A DNA stretch of 63,848 nt, counting the filler, from Lama guanicoe (Eukaryota): assembly GCA_013239625.1 (NCBI GenBank). It is 194 parts of 194 records of this genome, joined end to end, with 100 filler letters (N's around TTAATTAATTAA, not from the genome) between each part and the next. Parts side by side here need not be neighbours in the genome. Positions count along the whole stretch, not along the records: positions 1 to 229 come from PNXV01043443.1; positions 330 to 558 come from PNXV01043444.1; positions 659 to 887 come from PNXV01043445.1; positions 988 to 1,216 come from PNXV01043446.1; positions 1,317 to 1,545 come from PNXV01043447.1; positions 1,646 to 1,874 come from PNXV01043448.1; positions 1,975 to 2,203 come from PNXV01043449.1; positions 2,304 to 2,532 come from PNXV01043450.1; 186 more parts are not named here. One strand, 5' to 3'. The notes under the pieces are model-generated. The model was not told the origin of the DNA. It saw only the letters and a program-made list of their open reading frames with translations, and made no database searches. Of this stretch, positions 1 to 11,744 are shown piece after piece. Position 1 is the first letter of the stretch, and every line of letters starts with the position of its first letter. Position numbers and translations under genes: made by a program.

Positions 1-658
1 AGGAATAAACTGAGGGATAAGGAGATACAGAGACTTTCGGTGGGGAGCTCTCTGGGGGACTAGGCCTTCAGCATCCTGTGTTTCCACCCCACTCTAACCA
101 CAGTCGCATACAAACATGGCTTTGTCAGGGGCAAGCCTCACTTCTGGAAATGTCCCAAAACACTCGGCCACCTAGCACCGACATTTGAAAGGAATCCAAA
201 ATGGCCCACAAGCAATTGCAGAGATTTGANNNNNNNNNNNNNNNNNNNNNNNNNNNNNNNNNNNNNNNNNNNNTTAATTAATTAANNNNNNNNNNNNNNN
301 NNNNNNNNNNNNNNNNNNNNNNNNNNNNNATCAAAGGTCAGACTGACTCCACCCACTTACTCTGTTTCTTCTGGACAATACCTGCTATAGTGTTTATTCA
401 TTCATTAGGAAAAACGATTTTATCAGTTTTCTTTTTCCCCTGGAACTCATTTGTCGATGCAGACATACTCAAAAACTTTTGCAGACACCGAAAAATATTG
501 GGCATACTGGATTCAAACTGGATGTGCATACATTTTACCTGTTTGGAGTCTATGTACANNNNNNNNNNNNNNNNNNNNNNNNNNNNNNNNNNNNNNNNNN
601 NNTTAATTAATTAANNNNNNNNNNNNNNNNNNNNNNNNNNNNNNNNNNNNNNNNNNNN

Positions 659-716
659 GAACCCAGGATCTTGTGCCTGCTAAGCACACGCTCTACCAAG
701 GAGCTCTTACCCTTCC
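659..716 (-). mobile_element. tRNA-derived SINE, camelid Vic-1-like, 5' part
   Basis: Reverse complement reads GGAAGGGTAAGAGCTCCTTGGTAGAGCGTGTGCTTAGCAGGCACAAGATCCTGGGTTC, aligning with the copies at 48553 and 53486 (tRNA-like A/B box region). Confidence 0.75.
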
Positions 717-1645
717 TTACCTTCGCCAAAGATATTTTCTAAATAAACGATTCTCCAAGTATTTTTTGTAACAAAATTACGCCAGTAAATACAACACTTG
801 GGAAGGAAATTGTTTAGAAAAACTTGATTTAGCTTGACTTAAATATAAAAAAATCCGTGTTGCACACGGATGCAACACATACATCGCNNNNNNNNNNNNN
901 NNNNNNNNNNNNNNNNNNNNNNNNNNNNNNNTTAATTAATTAANNNNNNNNNNNNNNNNNNNNNNNNNNNNNNNNNNNNNNNNNNNNGCAATGTTTTCAC
1001 ACTTCATGATTATTCCTTACAAACTATGGAAAGCAACTGCACCCTTGGGAGAAAACTCAGCCATGCTAGTGTGGCGTTACCACAACACAACATTAAGTAA
1101 GATGAGCTGTTTCCATTTTTCACCTGGTGAGCGTTCTTTTCAGTATGTAAGTCCTAAATCACTGACCTCTAAATTTTACACCCATTAAGGAAAATTTGAA
1201 ATAAGGCATGCAGAAGNNNNNNNNNNNNNNNNNNNNNNNNNNNNNNNNNNNNNNNNNNNNTTAATTAATTAANNNNNNNNNNNNNNNNNNNNNNNNNNNN
1301 NNNNNNNNNNNNNNNNCCCATTCCCCTCCAGCCTGACCCCACCTGGCATCATGGACCGCACATCCCCCAACACAGCATGACTGAGCGTCAGGAGGAGCAG
1401 AGGCAGGTATCTGGGAGTCAAAGACAGGCCTTCCTGGCTACTGTTGTCACCCCCTCCCACTCACTGAAGGGAGACCATGCACTCCCACGCCATAGCTGGG
1501 ACACGGTGCCTTGGGGAGCTCTTTTCCTCTTCACGACTGACTTTTNNNNNNNNNNNNNNNNNNNNNNNNNNNNNNNNNNNNNNNNNNNNTTAATTAATTA
1601 ANNNNNNNNNNNNNNNNNNNNNNNNNNNNNNNNNNNNNNNNNNNN

Positions 1646-1874
1646 GTAGACTTTTAAATATTTCTTCTAGCATGGGTCTAGTGTTGCTAAACTCCTGTAG
1701 CATTTTCTTGTCTATTAAATCCTTTATGTAACCTTCTACCATAAAGTATACACATGCTGATTAAAGTATCCTTGGATATAATTTTTTTTTCATTCAGGAC
1801 ATTGAATATATCTTTCCACTCCCTGCAGGCCTTTAGTATTGATGTAGTGAAATCAGCTGGGAGCCTTATGGGGA
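1646..1874 (-). mobile_element. LINE-1 fragment (ORF1 3' region, antisense)
   Basis: Resembles recalled antisense L1 ORF1 motifs (tttcttctagcatgggtctagtg...gaatatatctttccactccctgcaggcct...gagccttatgggg). Confidence 0.7.
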
Positions 1875-3948
1875 NNNNNNNNNNNNNNNNNNNNNNNNNN
1901 NNNNNNNNNNNNNNNNNNTTAATTAATTAANNNNNNNNNNNNNNNNNNNNNNNNNNNNNNNNNNNNNNNNNNNNCTAGGGAAGCAGAGGAAAGAACAAAT
2001 GTTGCCCGTGGCATTTCATATCTTCAGCCCTCAGCTCCTAGAAACTGAATTTCTTTCGTTTTCTCACTGCTTAGATTTGGTCGCTATTCAGACAACACAG
2101 AAAATATACATGCTATCCATTTCCAATCTAATCCTCACCTTCTCCGTTAGACTGTAAGGAGGCAGGAGGGCATGATGAAAAGAAAATCGCCTTTAGACCA
2201 TGANNNNNNNNNNNNNNNNNNNNNNNNNNNNNNNNNNNNNNNNNNNNTTAATTAATTAANNNNNNNNNNNNNNNNNNNNNNNNNNNNNNNNNNNNNNNNN
2301 NNNCTTTGCCGGGCCCCATCTGTAAGGGGTTTTGCCCTGCATTATGGGGGGGGAGTACTTTTCCTCCTCCGCCCACCTCCTCTGCCTCGCCGGCCTGAGC
2401 ACTCGTCTGCTCCCAGTTAGTCCCATCACCGTGAGGCCAGCGTTTCTGAGGCTGCAGCTGTGTGAAGGTTACTGAGAGACGTTCTTCCGTCTGCATTGTC
2501 AGTTTAGACAGAATTCATGGAAACAGCAGCTCNNNNNNNNNNNNNNNNNNNNNNNNNNNNNNNNNNNNNNNNNNNNTTAATTAATTAANNNNNNNNNNNN
2601 NNNNNNNNNNNNNNNNNNNNNNNNNNNNNNNNTATTCTGTCTTTAAGAAAATATGTGAATTCCTGCTATTCACAAACTTATTCCCTTTCCTAAGGCTTTT
2701 CCCCCGGACAGAAATTTCTTCTATCACATAATAATTTTTCTCTATTTTCCTCCCTCCATAAACATCTCCCTGTCTGGTAAAATATTATCCATTCTTCAGG
2801 GTCTAGGTCTTCAAGAAATATTTATATAATCCCTTCAGTCAGAGGTGTTCCCTTTTACCCCNNNNNNNNNNNNNNNNNNNNNNNNNNNNNNNNNNNNNNN
2901 NNNNNTTAATTAATTAANNNNNNNNNNNNNNNNNNNNNNNNNNNNNNNNNNNNNNNNNNNNGCAAAGATGATTTTTCACGCAGGTTAGAATGCTGTTAAG
3001 CAGAGAGCAGATAACTGTATCATCTGAAAAACTGGGTGAAGATGTGAGTGAAATCCCCCTACACTTATCACTATCAGCAATGCCAGTTTCAGTAATCCTT
3101 TCTGATTTTCTACACATTTGAGATAGATTTTCCATTTACGTTGGCACATCTCTCCATCTGGTTAAGGGCCCTGCAGGACAGAATTCTTGTNNNNNNNNNN
3201 NNNNNNNNNNNNNNNNNNNNNNNNNNNNNNNNNNTTAATTAATTAANNNNNNNNNNNNNNNNNNNNNNNNNNNNNNNNNNNNNNNNNNNNTTCAGCTGCC
3301 CAGCACTTGAGAGCAAGGCAAGGTTACATCTAGAAATCTGCCTCTCCCTTTACACATCACTGTGTTTCAAGCCCAGTGATCCTTTACATGAAAAAACCAC
3401 CCCTTTTCATATGTAATTTATTCCTTTGGAAACTAAATTTCTCTTTGTCTGCCACAGGAGCCTCTCTTTAAAAAATTTTCCACTTCTTGTATTGAACAGC
3501 TATTGAACCCAATCACACANNNNNNNNNNNNNNNNNNNNNNNNNNNNNNNNNNNNNNNNNNNNTTAATTAATTAANNNNNNNNNNNNNNNNNNNNNNNNN
3601 NNNNNNNNNNNNNNNNNNNGCAATATTTCTATGTCTCGCTTATTTTTAAATTTTTGTCATTTTTGTCACAAATTGTGATTTTCAGGTAATCAGAATTGCC
3701 TGCTTTCTTCTTTAGAACACTTCTAAAGGAAGTCCTGTTTCTTCTTGAGAAAGGCCTCCTACATTGCAAGATTATTTGCCTTTTTTTTAAAATATTTATA
3801 TGTTATTTTGTTTATTTACCTCTTAGCGCACTTAGAATTTGTTTTTATNNNNNNNNNNNNNNNNNNNNNNNNNNNNNNNNNNNNNNNNNNNNTTAATTAA
3901 TTAANNNNNNNNNNNNNNNNNNNNNNNNNNNNNNNNNNNNNNNNNNNN

Positions 3949-4066
3949 TTTATATAATCTCATATTTATCTTTCATTGTGGCCCTTATTTTAAAATGCAT
4001 TTTGTATGAGTTGAGCATAGCAATCTGCACTTTCTTGTTATTTCCATTAAATATCTTTTCCATCTG
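3949..4066 (-). mobile_element. Old LINE-1 fragment (ORF2 endonuclease start, antisense)
   Basis: ttttgtatgagttgagcatagcaatctgcactttcttgttatttccattaaatatcttttccatc resembles antisense L1 ORF2 5' region. Confidence 0.55.
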
Positions 4067-5264
4067 TTTCCTGGCTGTGTTTATCTTCCACCATAAAGTG
4101 AGACTTTTTGTGGGAGAAGCCAGGATGTTGGAGCAGAAGGATGCTCATAGCTCACCCTTTCCCACAAATGCATCAAGNNNNNNNNNNNNNNNNNNNNNNN
4201 NNNNNNNNNNNNNNNNNNNNNTTAATTAATTAANNNNNNNNNNNNNNNNNNNNNNNNNNNNNNNNNNNNNNNNNNNNAACGTTGTTCAAATTGGTGTTTT
4301 TGTTTTATTTTTAACATGAAGGTTGGGTGTGGTGGTGGTTAATGCCTTTTCCCTATATTTGTCATTTTTCTTTCTTTCTTCCATTAGAAGTGAACTATGC
4401 TGAGTAACCCGCTACCCTTTCTCTACCTTCACATTAGTTCTTCCCCAGGAGAAGTAGTGATTTAATTTGATAGGAGTTTGGATGAGAAACTGGGCATGTT
4501 GCTCACNNNNNNNNNNNNNNNNNNNNNNNNNNNNNNNNNNNNNNNNNNNNTTAATTAATTAANNNNNNNNNNNNNNNNNNNNNNNNNNNNNNNNNNNNNN
4601 NNNNNNAATAAAGAAAAATAAAAAGGCACACATGGGTCGGTTCATTTGGGCAAAATTAAAGAAGATAGATAGGCTAGAAACTACTGAAATTGGGTACCTA
4701 GAAAAAGTGGGTGGAAATGGGGTGGAAAGGAAGAGGATGGGAGTAGAAATGGTGGGCAAAAGGAACATTTCTCTGGTCATATCTTTTTATCTAGTTCTGA
4801 TATTTGGAACTATGTCAATATGTACCTATGGAAAANNNNNNNNNNNNNNNNNNNNNNNNNNNNNNNNNNNNNNNNNNNNTTAATTAATTAANNNNNNNNN
4901 NNNNNNNNNNNNNNNNNNNNNNNNNNNNNNNNNNNTCATCATCATTATCATCTGGTGCTGGAGGATCTGCCTCTAAGGTGAGTGCTACTCCTTTGCCTGG
5001 TACATTATTGCTGGTGAAGGGCAGTTCCTCCTGGTTCTCTGCATGTGTTTGCTTGAACGTGCTCACAGTGTGTGGCTCCAGGCATCCCCCAGAGTCTGTG
5101 AACTGAGAGAGACGTCAAGGAGGAATATCCTGTGCCTTAGACCTGTTCTCCAAAGTTCCAAACANNNNNNNNNNNNNNNNNNNNNNNNNNNNNNNNNNNN
5201 NNNNNNNNTTAATTAATTAANNNNNNNNNNNNNNNNNNNNNNNNNNNNNNNNNNNNNNNNNNNN

Positions 5265-5468
5265 GAGTGAAGGGATGGGAGGAAGAGAGGGAGAGAGAGA
5301 GAGACTAAGGAAGGGAGGATGGAAGGAAGGAAGGAAGGAGGGAAAGAAGGAAGGAAGGAAGGAAGAGAGAGAGAGGATGGAAGGAAGGAAGGGAGGGAGG
5401 AAGGACGGAAGGAAGGAAGGAGGGAAGGAAGGAAGGAGGGAAGAAAGGAAGGGTCTAGCTGGGAGGGA
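5265..5468 (+). repeat. Purine-rich (GGAA/GGGA/GA)n microsatellite
   Basis: Direct: ggaaggaaggaaggaaggagggaaagaaggaagg... Confidence 0.95.
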
Positions 5469-5922
5469 AATGATCCAGTATAATTATCAAGAANNNNNNN
5501 NNNNNNNNNNNNNNNNNNNNNNNNNNNNNNNNNNNNNTTAATTAATTAANNNNNNNNNNNNNNNNNNNNNNNNNNNNNNNNNNNNNNNNNNNNTTTTTTT
5601 TTTATTTAACACTTTTTGGATTCTTTGTACACTTATGTTCTCTGTATAGTTTCAAATAATCTAAAAAATTTACAGTATTTCTTTTAGCAGTACTTAGTCC
5701 TGGCTATTGTTAAATGCTAGCTGTAATCTCCACTTTGAATTAATTAAATAATTCATGAAAGATAGTTTCTGATAAAGAGACTAACACACTTGATTTTTTA
5801 AGATGAGCTTTGAAAATGTTGANNNNNNNNNNNNNNNNNNNNNNNNNNNNNNNNNNNNNNNNNNNNTTAATTAATTAANNNNNNNNNNNNNNNNNNNNNN
5901 NNNNNNNNNNNNNNNNNNNNNN

Positions 5923-6151
5923 GGGTGAAGAAGTGGCTGGAGTGACACTCACCGGACCAAGAGCAGACCGAAGTCCACAGGAGAGAAGCAGTGAGGGAGC
6001 ACATCCTTCTGTCCCTCCAGCCTTCCAGTCTCCCTCGAGCTTCCTGACAGGCAGAGTCCAAGAGGCAACGGCCGACAGAGCAGAGATGTGGTTTGCAAGG
6101 TTGTGGCTCCAGCATCACAGAGTCAAGAATAAACGGATGGGCTTGGAGCTG
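5923..6151. mobile_element. ERVL-class LTR fragment (LTR33/LTR41-like)
   Basis: gcagagatgtggtttgcaagg...ctccagcatcacagag...gggcttggagctg resembles recalled LTR33/41 consensus. Confidence 0.5.
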
Positions 6152-6279
6152 NNNNNNNNNNNNNNNNNNNNNNNNNNNNNNNNNNNNNNNNNNNNTTAAT
6201 TAATTAANNNNNNNNNNNNNNNNNNNNNNNNNNNNNNNNNNNNNNNNNNNNGTGAACAGCCCTAGAGGTGATGATGGTT

Positions 6280-6330
6280 CACTCCATTTTACAGATGAGG
6301 AAATTGAGGGTCCTAGAGGTTAGACCTCCC
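6280..6330 (-). mobile_element. MIR SINE core
   Basis: ctccattttacagatgaggaaattgagg is the classic antisense MIR core. Confidence 0.75.
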
Positions 6331-6580
6331 CTGGCCAGGAGGAAGCAGAGCTGTGGTGCACTGGGGCCCTTCCGATGACTTCTAACTCCACTCCTTCTCT
6401 TTGGGGCCCCTCCCTCCATACTTTGTCCCTAGTGCTTTACATCTGCAGAGTGGAAGGACACGGAAAAGGACTGGGTCACCNNNNNNNNNNNNNNNNNNNN
6501 NNNNNNNNNNNNNNNNNNNNNNNNTTAATTAATTAANNNNNNNNNNNNNNNNNNNNNNNNNNNNNNNNNNNNNNNNNNNN

Positions 6581-6809
6581 TTGAGTTTGGGACTACAGCG
6601 CATCTAAAAGAAACTCCTGATCCCCAGGTCAGCAGTTCTGGAGTAAGGCGTCTGTTGGCTATGTGATGTAAGTTATCAACATAGAAGTGAGTATCATTTC
6701 AAGGGAGACTAAAGAGAATGAGATGAAAGGAGCCTGAGGAATAACATCATTAAAAGGATGAGCAAGGACAAGGAAATCTGCATCGGAAAAGTAGACAGAG
6801 GAGCAGGAA
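6581..6809 (-). mobile_element. LINE-2 fragment
   Basis: Degenerate match to recalled antisense L2 (ttgagttt...agcagttctggag...atcaacatagaag...gaggagcagg). Confidence 0.5.
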
Positions 6810-6909
6810 NNNNNNNNNNNNNNNNNNNNNNNNNNNNNNNNNNNNNNNNNNNNTTAATTAATTAANNNNNNNNNNNNNNNNNNNNNNNNNNNNNNNNNNN
6901 NNNNNNNNN

Positions 6910-7138
6910 GGGGTTAGGGTGAAGGTTATTGTGGATTTAATTGGGCAGTGATATGAAAACTCTGCAGACGCCAGTGTTCAGTTGGGGTGAATCATTGACC
7001 AGGTTGGTGACGGTAAGAATGGAAAGAAGAGTATGTTTGAGAGAGAAAAAAGGCTTCGCAAGCTCTGATGATGGGTCCAAAGGGAAGTCTAAGGGCAGCA
7101 GATGAATAAGAAATGACTCCCAGCCTCTGAGCCTGGTA
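6910..7138 (-). mobile_element. LINE-2 fragment
   Basis: aagaaatgactcccagcctctgagcctgg resembles the antisense L2 motif gatgactcccaggtttttggcctg. Confidence 0.5.
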
Positions 7139-7896
7139 NNNNNNNNNNNNNNNNNNNNNNNNNNNNNNNNNNNNNNNNNNNNTTAATTAATTAANNNNNN
7201 NNNNNNNNNNNNNNNNNNNNNNNNNNNNNNNNNNNNNNGTGGTGGTTCAGGATGTATGTTGTTATTTTTAAATACTGAAATTGACTATTATTTCACTAGT
7301 AGTCATTGTAGACAACAACACTGACAGTGGAATAACTTCTGCAGAATATGTTATAAGCTCCATGTAAGAAATGCTAACGAATTTAACTGTATGCTATATG
7401 AGATTACCATTTCAAATATATGCTAATTAATTAAATAAACCTCATTTATATGTAAACATATGTATTTNNNNNNNNNNNNNNNNNNNNNNNNNNNNNNNNN
7501 NNNNNNNNNNNTTAATTAATTAANNNNNNNNNNNNNNNNNNNNNNNNNNNNNNNNNNNNNNNNNNNNACCCCCACCCCACCCGCTACCCCCGGCCCAGGT
7601 TGGGGCTGAGACAGATAAACTGAAGTGGTAAGTGGCTGCAGAGCTCACTCATCCCCCTGCCCCGAGTCCGGCCCGAGGCCTGGCCTGCAAGGCGGCAGTT
7701 GCTGGAGTTTTAGCTCCCCACTGCAGCGGGCACCCAGGAGGCGCTGGGGAGAATGAGGAGTCAGGCTGGGCCGTTTAATCCGCTTCTGTTCTCGCTNNNN
7801 NNNNNNNNNNNNNNNNNNNNNNNNNNNNNNNNNNNNNNNNTTAATTAATTAANNNNNNNNNNNNNNNNNNNNNNNNNNNNNNNNNNNNNNNNNNNN

Positions 7897-8125
7897 GACC
7901 TCTTCTCACCCAATGCAGAAGTCAGCATCTCCCAGTTTGTAGAGAACACTGAATCCATCAGCACACCCTCACTTCCACGAGCCACCTAGAAAGCACTGCA
8001 TCCTCCTTTCCATGTTTGTTTTTAACACAGGTGCTCCTATTTATATCCCTGGCAAACCCCCATGGGGGTTGCTGTGCATCCTGCCCCTTTTGGCTTTCTC
8101 TGGACCATACACTACCCATTCTCCT
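7897..8125. repeat. Near-duplicate contig of 45471-45700 (bubble arm)
   Basis: Same start and end, about 8 differences including a 1-bp indel; 49 identical bases at each end. Confidence 0.97.
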
Positions 8126-8574
8126 NNNNNNNNNNNNNNNNNNNNNNNNNNNNNNNNNNNNNNNNNNNNTTAATTAATTAANNNNNNNNNNNNNNNNNNN
8201 NNNNNNNNNNNNNNNNNNNNNNNNNACTCACAGACCAGTTCTCCTGGGCCCTGTTGGGGCAGCTGTCCCTTCTCGGCCTTGTCCTGGACCACAGTGGCCT
8301 CCCTGGGTGCAAGTATCCATGTGTTATAGATTTCAGTCCACGACCGTCCTGAGGGTCAGTCAGGAGCTTCCTAAAGCATGATTCCAGTGCCTGCCTCCTT
8401 GACTTTGACAGCAGAGGGACATTGGTGTTTGGACTTTCAAAGAGGTCCACCTGANNNNNNNNNNNNNNNNNNNNNNNNNNNNNNNNNNNNNNNNNNNNTT
8501 AATTAATTAANNNNNNNNNNNNNNNNNNNNNNNNNNNNNNNNNNNNNNNNNNNNGGCTGCCATCAACTCACCTG

Positions 8575-8681
8575 TTACAGGTTCTGCCACCTGCACATGT
8601 AAGTGACCACAAAACCGATCACCAGCAGCACTTTGAATCCCAGGAGGAAAGCCACAAAGATAAGGGCAGGCGTCGCTGGAC
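8575..8681 (-). CDS. SIRP-beta (SIRPB1)-like transmembrane and terminal coding exon
   Basis: Minus strand has acceptor ...ttgtcccttAG, a phase-1 exon (G)PATPALIFVAFLLGFKVLLVIGFVVTYMCRWQNL*, then donor cag|GTGAGT 3 nt after the stop. It resembles recalled human SIRPB1 TM/tail (APLLVALLLGPKLLLVVGVSAIYICWKQKA*) with an intramembrane Lys. Confidence 0.75.
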
Positions 8682-9212
8682 CTAAGGGACAACAGGCAGA
8701 GGTGACATCAAATGGGGCTCTGGGATTTAATACGTCACTCCACCTGGAGACAGAAGTGACCCAGTTGCTCACAGGATTAGATGNNNNNNNNNNNNNNNNN
8801 NNNNNNNNNNNNNNNNNNNNNNNNNNNTTAATTAATTAANNNNNNNNNNNNNNNNNNNNNNNNNNNNNNNNNNNNNNNNNNNNAGATGGACGGACAGACC
8901 TCCCCATGCTATGTGGCCTCACTGGGCCAGGAAACTCACTAGAGAAGGTAGATCTTTGATTGCAGGGGTGGCAATTTAAAAAACGTGATTTCCCTTAATC
9001 CTACATGAGCACAGCTACTGGTTAAATAAGGTTGTTTTCCTTAAAGTTAAAACACAGGACATTGGAAAACTGTCTGGGATTCAGTGTTGTGATGGGATTG
9101 GCCACCAAACAGNNNNNNNNNNNNNNNNNNNNNNNNNNNNNNNNNNNNNNNNNNNNTTAATTAATTAANNNNNNNNNNNNNNNNNNNNNNNNNNNNNNNN
9201 NNNNNNNNNNNN

Positions 9213-9441
9213 AGTATGTTTTAGCCATCAAGCCATCAACCACTGTAGCTACCTGTGACTGCGCACCCTAGGGGGTTCAGGGTGAAGAAAAACAGAACAC
9301 TGGTCCTAGATAGTTAAGGTGCATCTCAAAACAATGACTTCAGTGACCCCAGACTCTTGCATCTTCCCATACATAGAAAAGTGCTAAAAAAGGAAAAAAC
9401 TCATTAACTTGAGACATTTGGTTTTTCTTTAATTAACAGTA
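9213..9441 (+). mobile_element. ERV1-type LTR fragment (artiodactyl-like)
   Basis: gactcttgcatcttcccatacatagaaaag...cattaacttgagac...ttctttaattaacagta resembles recalled artiodactyl ERV LTR sequence. Confidence 0.5.
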
Positions 9442-9579
9442 NNNNNNNNNNNNNNNNNNNNNNNNNNNNNNNNNNNNNNNNNNNNTTAATTAATTAANNN
9501 NNNNNNNNNNNNNNNNNNNNNNNNNNNNNNNNNNNNNNNNNTTTTTTTAAATAGCTAATGCTTTGCTTAATACTTTAAG

Positions 9580-9680
9580 TTTATGTACTTACCTACATGT
9601 GTTATCTAAGTATGCTGGGACAAGTGTGGAAAATTAAGGTGAATAAGATGTTGTTTTTGACTTCCAGGAACTTACAGAGT
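9580..9680 (-). mobile_element. LINE-2 3' tail
   Basis: tttatgtacttacctac...gtgaataagatg...ccaggaacttacagagt matches the antisense L2 3' end pattern. Confidence 0.55.
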
Positions 9681-9870
9681 GAAGCTAATGCCCTGATTCA
9701 TATTCTTGTTGTCCTCAGGGTAACGTTGTTATCTGCTGCCAGACTTGTGTCACTTCACACATTAATTCATNNNNNNNNNNNNNNNNNNNNNNNNNNNNNN
9801 NNNNNNNNNNNNNNTTAATTAATTAANNNNNNNNNNNNNNNNNNNNNNNNNNNNNNNNNNNNNNNNNNNN

Positions 9871-10022
9871 TCACCTGGGAGCTTGTTAGAAATGCAGAAA
9901 ATCTTAGGCACCCCCTCAGCTCTACTGACTCAAATCTGCATTTTACTTTATTTTTTTTTTTGAATTTATATTTTAATAGGATCCCTTAGGAGATTAAATG
10001 CACATTAAAATCTGAGAGTCAC
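9871..10022. mobile_element. MER5A (hAT-Charlie) DNA transposon fossil
   Basis: tcacctgggagcttgttagaaatgcaga...ctactgactcaaatctgcatttt...gatccc...atgcacattaaa is the MER5A signature. Confidence 0.85.
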
Positions 10023-11515
10023 AGAACTCAAACTCAAAAGTCAAGGGAGACACTTTAAGGAGTGACTTAGAAGAACTGCTTGCTCAGAGACTTCTATAGN
10101 NNNNNNNNNNNNNNNNNNNNNNNNNNNNNNNNNNNNNNNNNNNTTAATTAATTAANNNNNNNNNNNNNNNNNNNNNNNNNNNNNNNNNNNNNNNNNNNNT
10201 TTAGAGTTTTTTCTTTCCTCCCTCCCTCCCTCTTTTCATTCATTTGTTTGTTCTTTCTATCACCACCAGAGCTCTCTGCACACTGATGTATGTGCCCTCC
10301 CCACACAGGAGCAGGACTCCTGGCCACAGGCTCACGCACCATCAGCGCTCACAGGTAGAGACTCCATCGTTCCCCCTTACAGGGCAGGGCTTTATCAGAA
10401 CCTTCCAGCTGTATGTGAAACATGCAAANNNNNNNNNNNNNNNNNNNNNNNNNNNNNNNNNNNNNNNNNNNNTTAATTAATTAANNNNNNNNNNNNNNNN
10501 NNNNNNNNNNNNNNNNNNNNNNNNNNNNTGGACTAATAGGAGATGCCTAGTCCTCCTTGCCCCACCTCTAAGCTGAGTGCTAATCTCAGTTCTAACTCCA
10601 AGGGATGAACGTGGAGCTCAGCCTTGGGACTATTTGACTTAATAGCTACGACAGTCTTTCCATCCCCACCTCCATCGTAACCAGTCCCAGAGCACTTGAG
10701 GCTGGTTGTCCCTCCTCCCTGTAGACTTCTGAGCCAAGCCCCCAGTTCCTGTTACGTNNNNNNNNNNNNNNNNNNNNNNNNNNNNNNNNNNNNNNNNNNN
10801 NTTAATTAATTAANNNNNNNNNNNNNNNNNNNNNNNNNNNNNNNNNNNNNNNNNNNNCGTCAATGTGTTTCTGTCAGTCTGGTTTCACAATTAAGCCAAC
10901 AGTGGACCTGCCCAGCCCAGGCAGCGTCTGCGCTTTGCCTCATACTATTGAAGGTATAGCCACACTTAGAGTTGCCCAGGAACATCGAATTTATGGGACA
11001 TGAGATCTTTTGTGAAAAGGCTCATTAGCTGAGTCGATAAATAATAATAATTCTCCACATGTGACCCAAGGTCTCCTAGGTTCCCANNNNNNNNNNNNNN
11101 NNNNNNNNNNNNNNNNNNNNNNNNNNNNNNTTAATTAATTAANNNNNNNNNNNNNNNNNNNNNNNNNNNNNNNNNNNNNNNNNNNNCATCTAGGATGGAA
11201 GGGAGACTAGGCAGAGGTTAGAAAGAAGGAAGAGGAAGGCGAGTGGACAGGGAAGGATGTACAGAGTTACTGTTTCTTGAAGAGAGGAAGAGACAGGACA
11301 TTATGGACACAATCATCTCCCTTCTTCCTTTCTTTCTTTCAAGTATACTGTTGTCAAAAGATGTAAAAAAAAAAAAAAAGTACCAAACTCTTCCCAGTGG
11401 TGACTCTTGGAGTATNNNNNNNNNNNNNNNNNNNNNNNNNNNNNNNNNNNNNNNNNNNNTTAATTAATTAANNNNNNNNNNNNNNNNNNNNNNNNNNNNN
11501 NNNNNNNNNNNNNNN

Positions 11516-11744
11516 AATAGATAAATAGATAAAGAAGATGTGATATGTGTGTGTGTATATATATATGTATATATATGAAATTTATAATAGTCTATTGTGT
11601 ATATATGTATGCATGTAATATATATAATATATGATACTACATTATATACATGGGATAATATGGATGAACTTTGAGGGTGTTTTGCTAAGTGAAATAAGAA
11701 AAACAAATATGCATGGTATCACTTATGTGGAATCTAAACAAACA
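11516..11744 (+). mobile_element. LINE-1 3' region with embedded (TA/TG)n low-complexity tract
   Basis: tggatgaactttgagggtgttttgctaagtgaaataag...atggtatcacttatgtggaatctaaa is the L1 ORF2 end/3'UTR motif. Confidence 0.8.

Noticed and set aside
5275..5541. Charged G/R/K/E-rich ORF
   Set aside because: Translation of a GGAA microsatellite.
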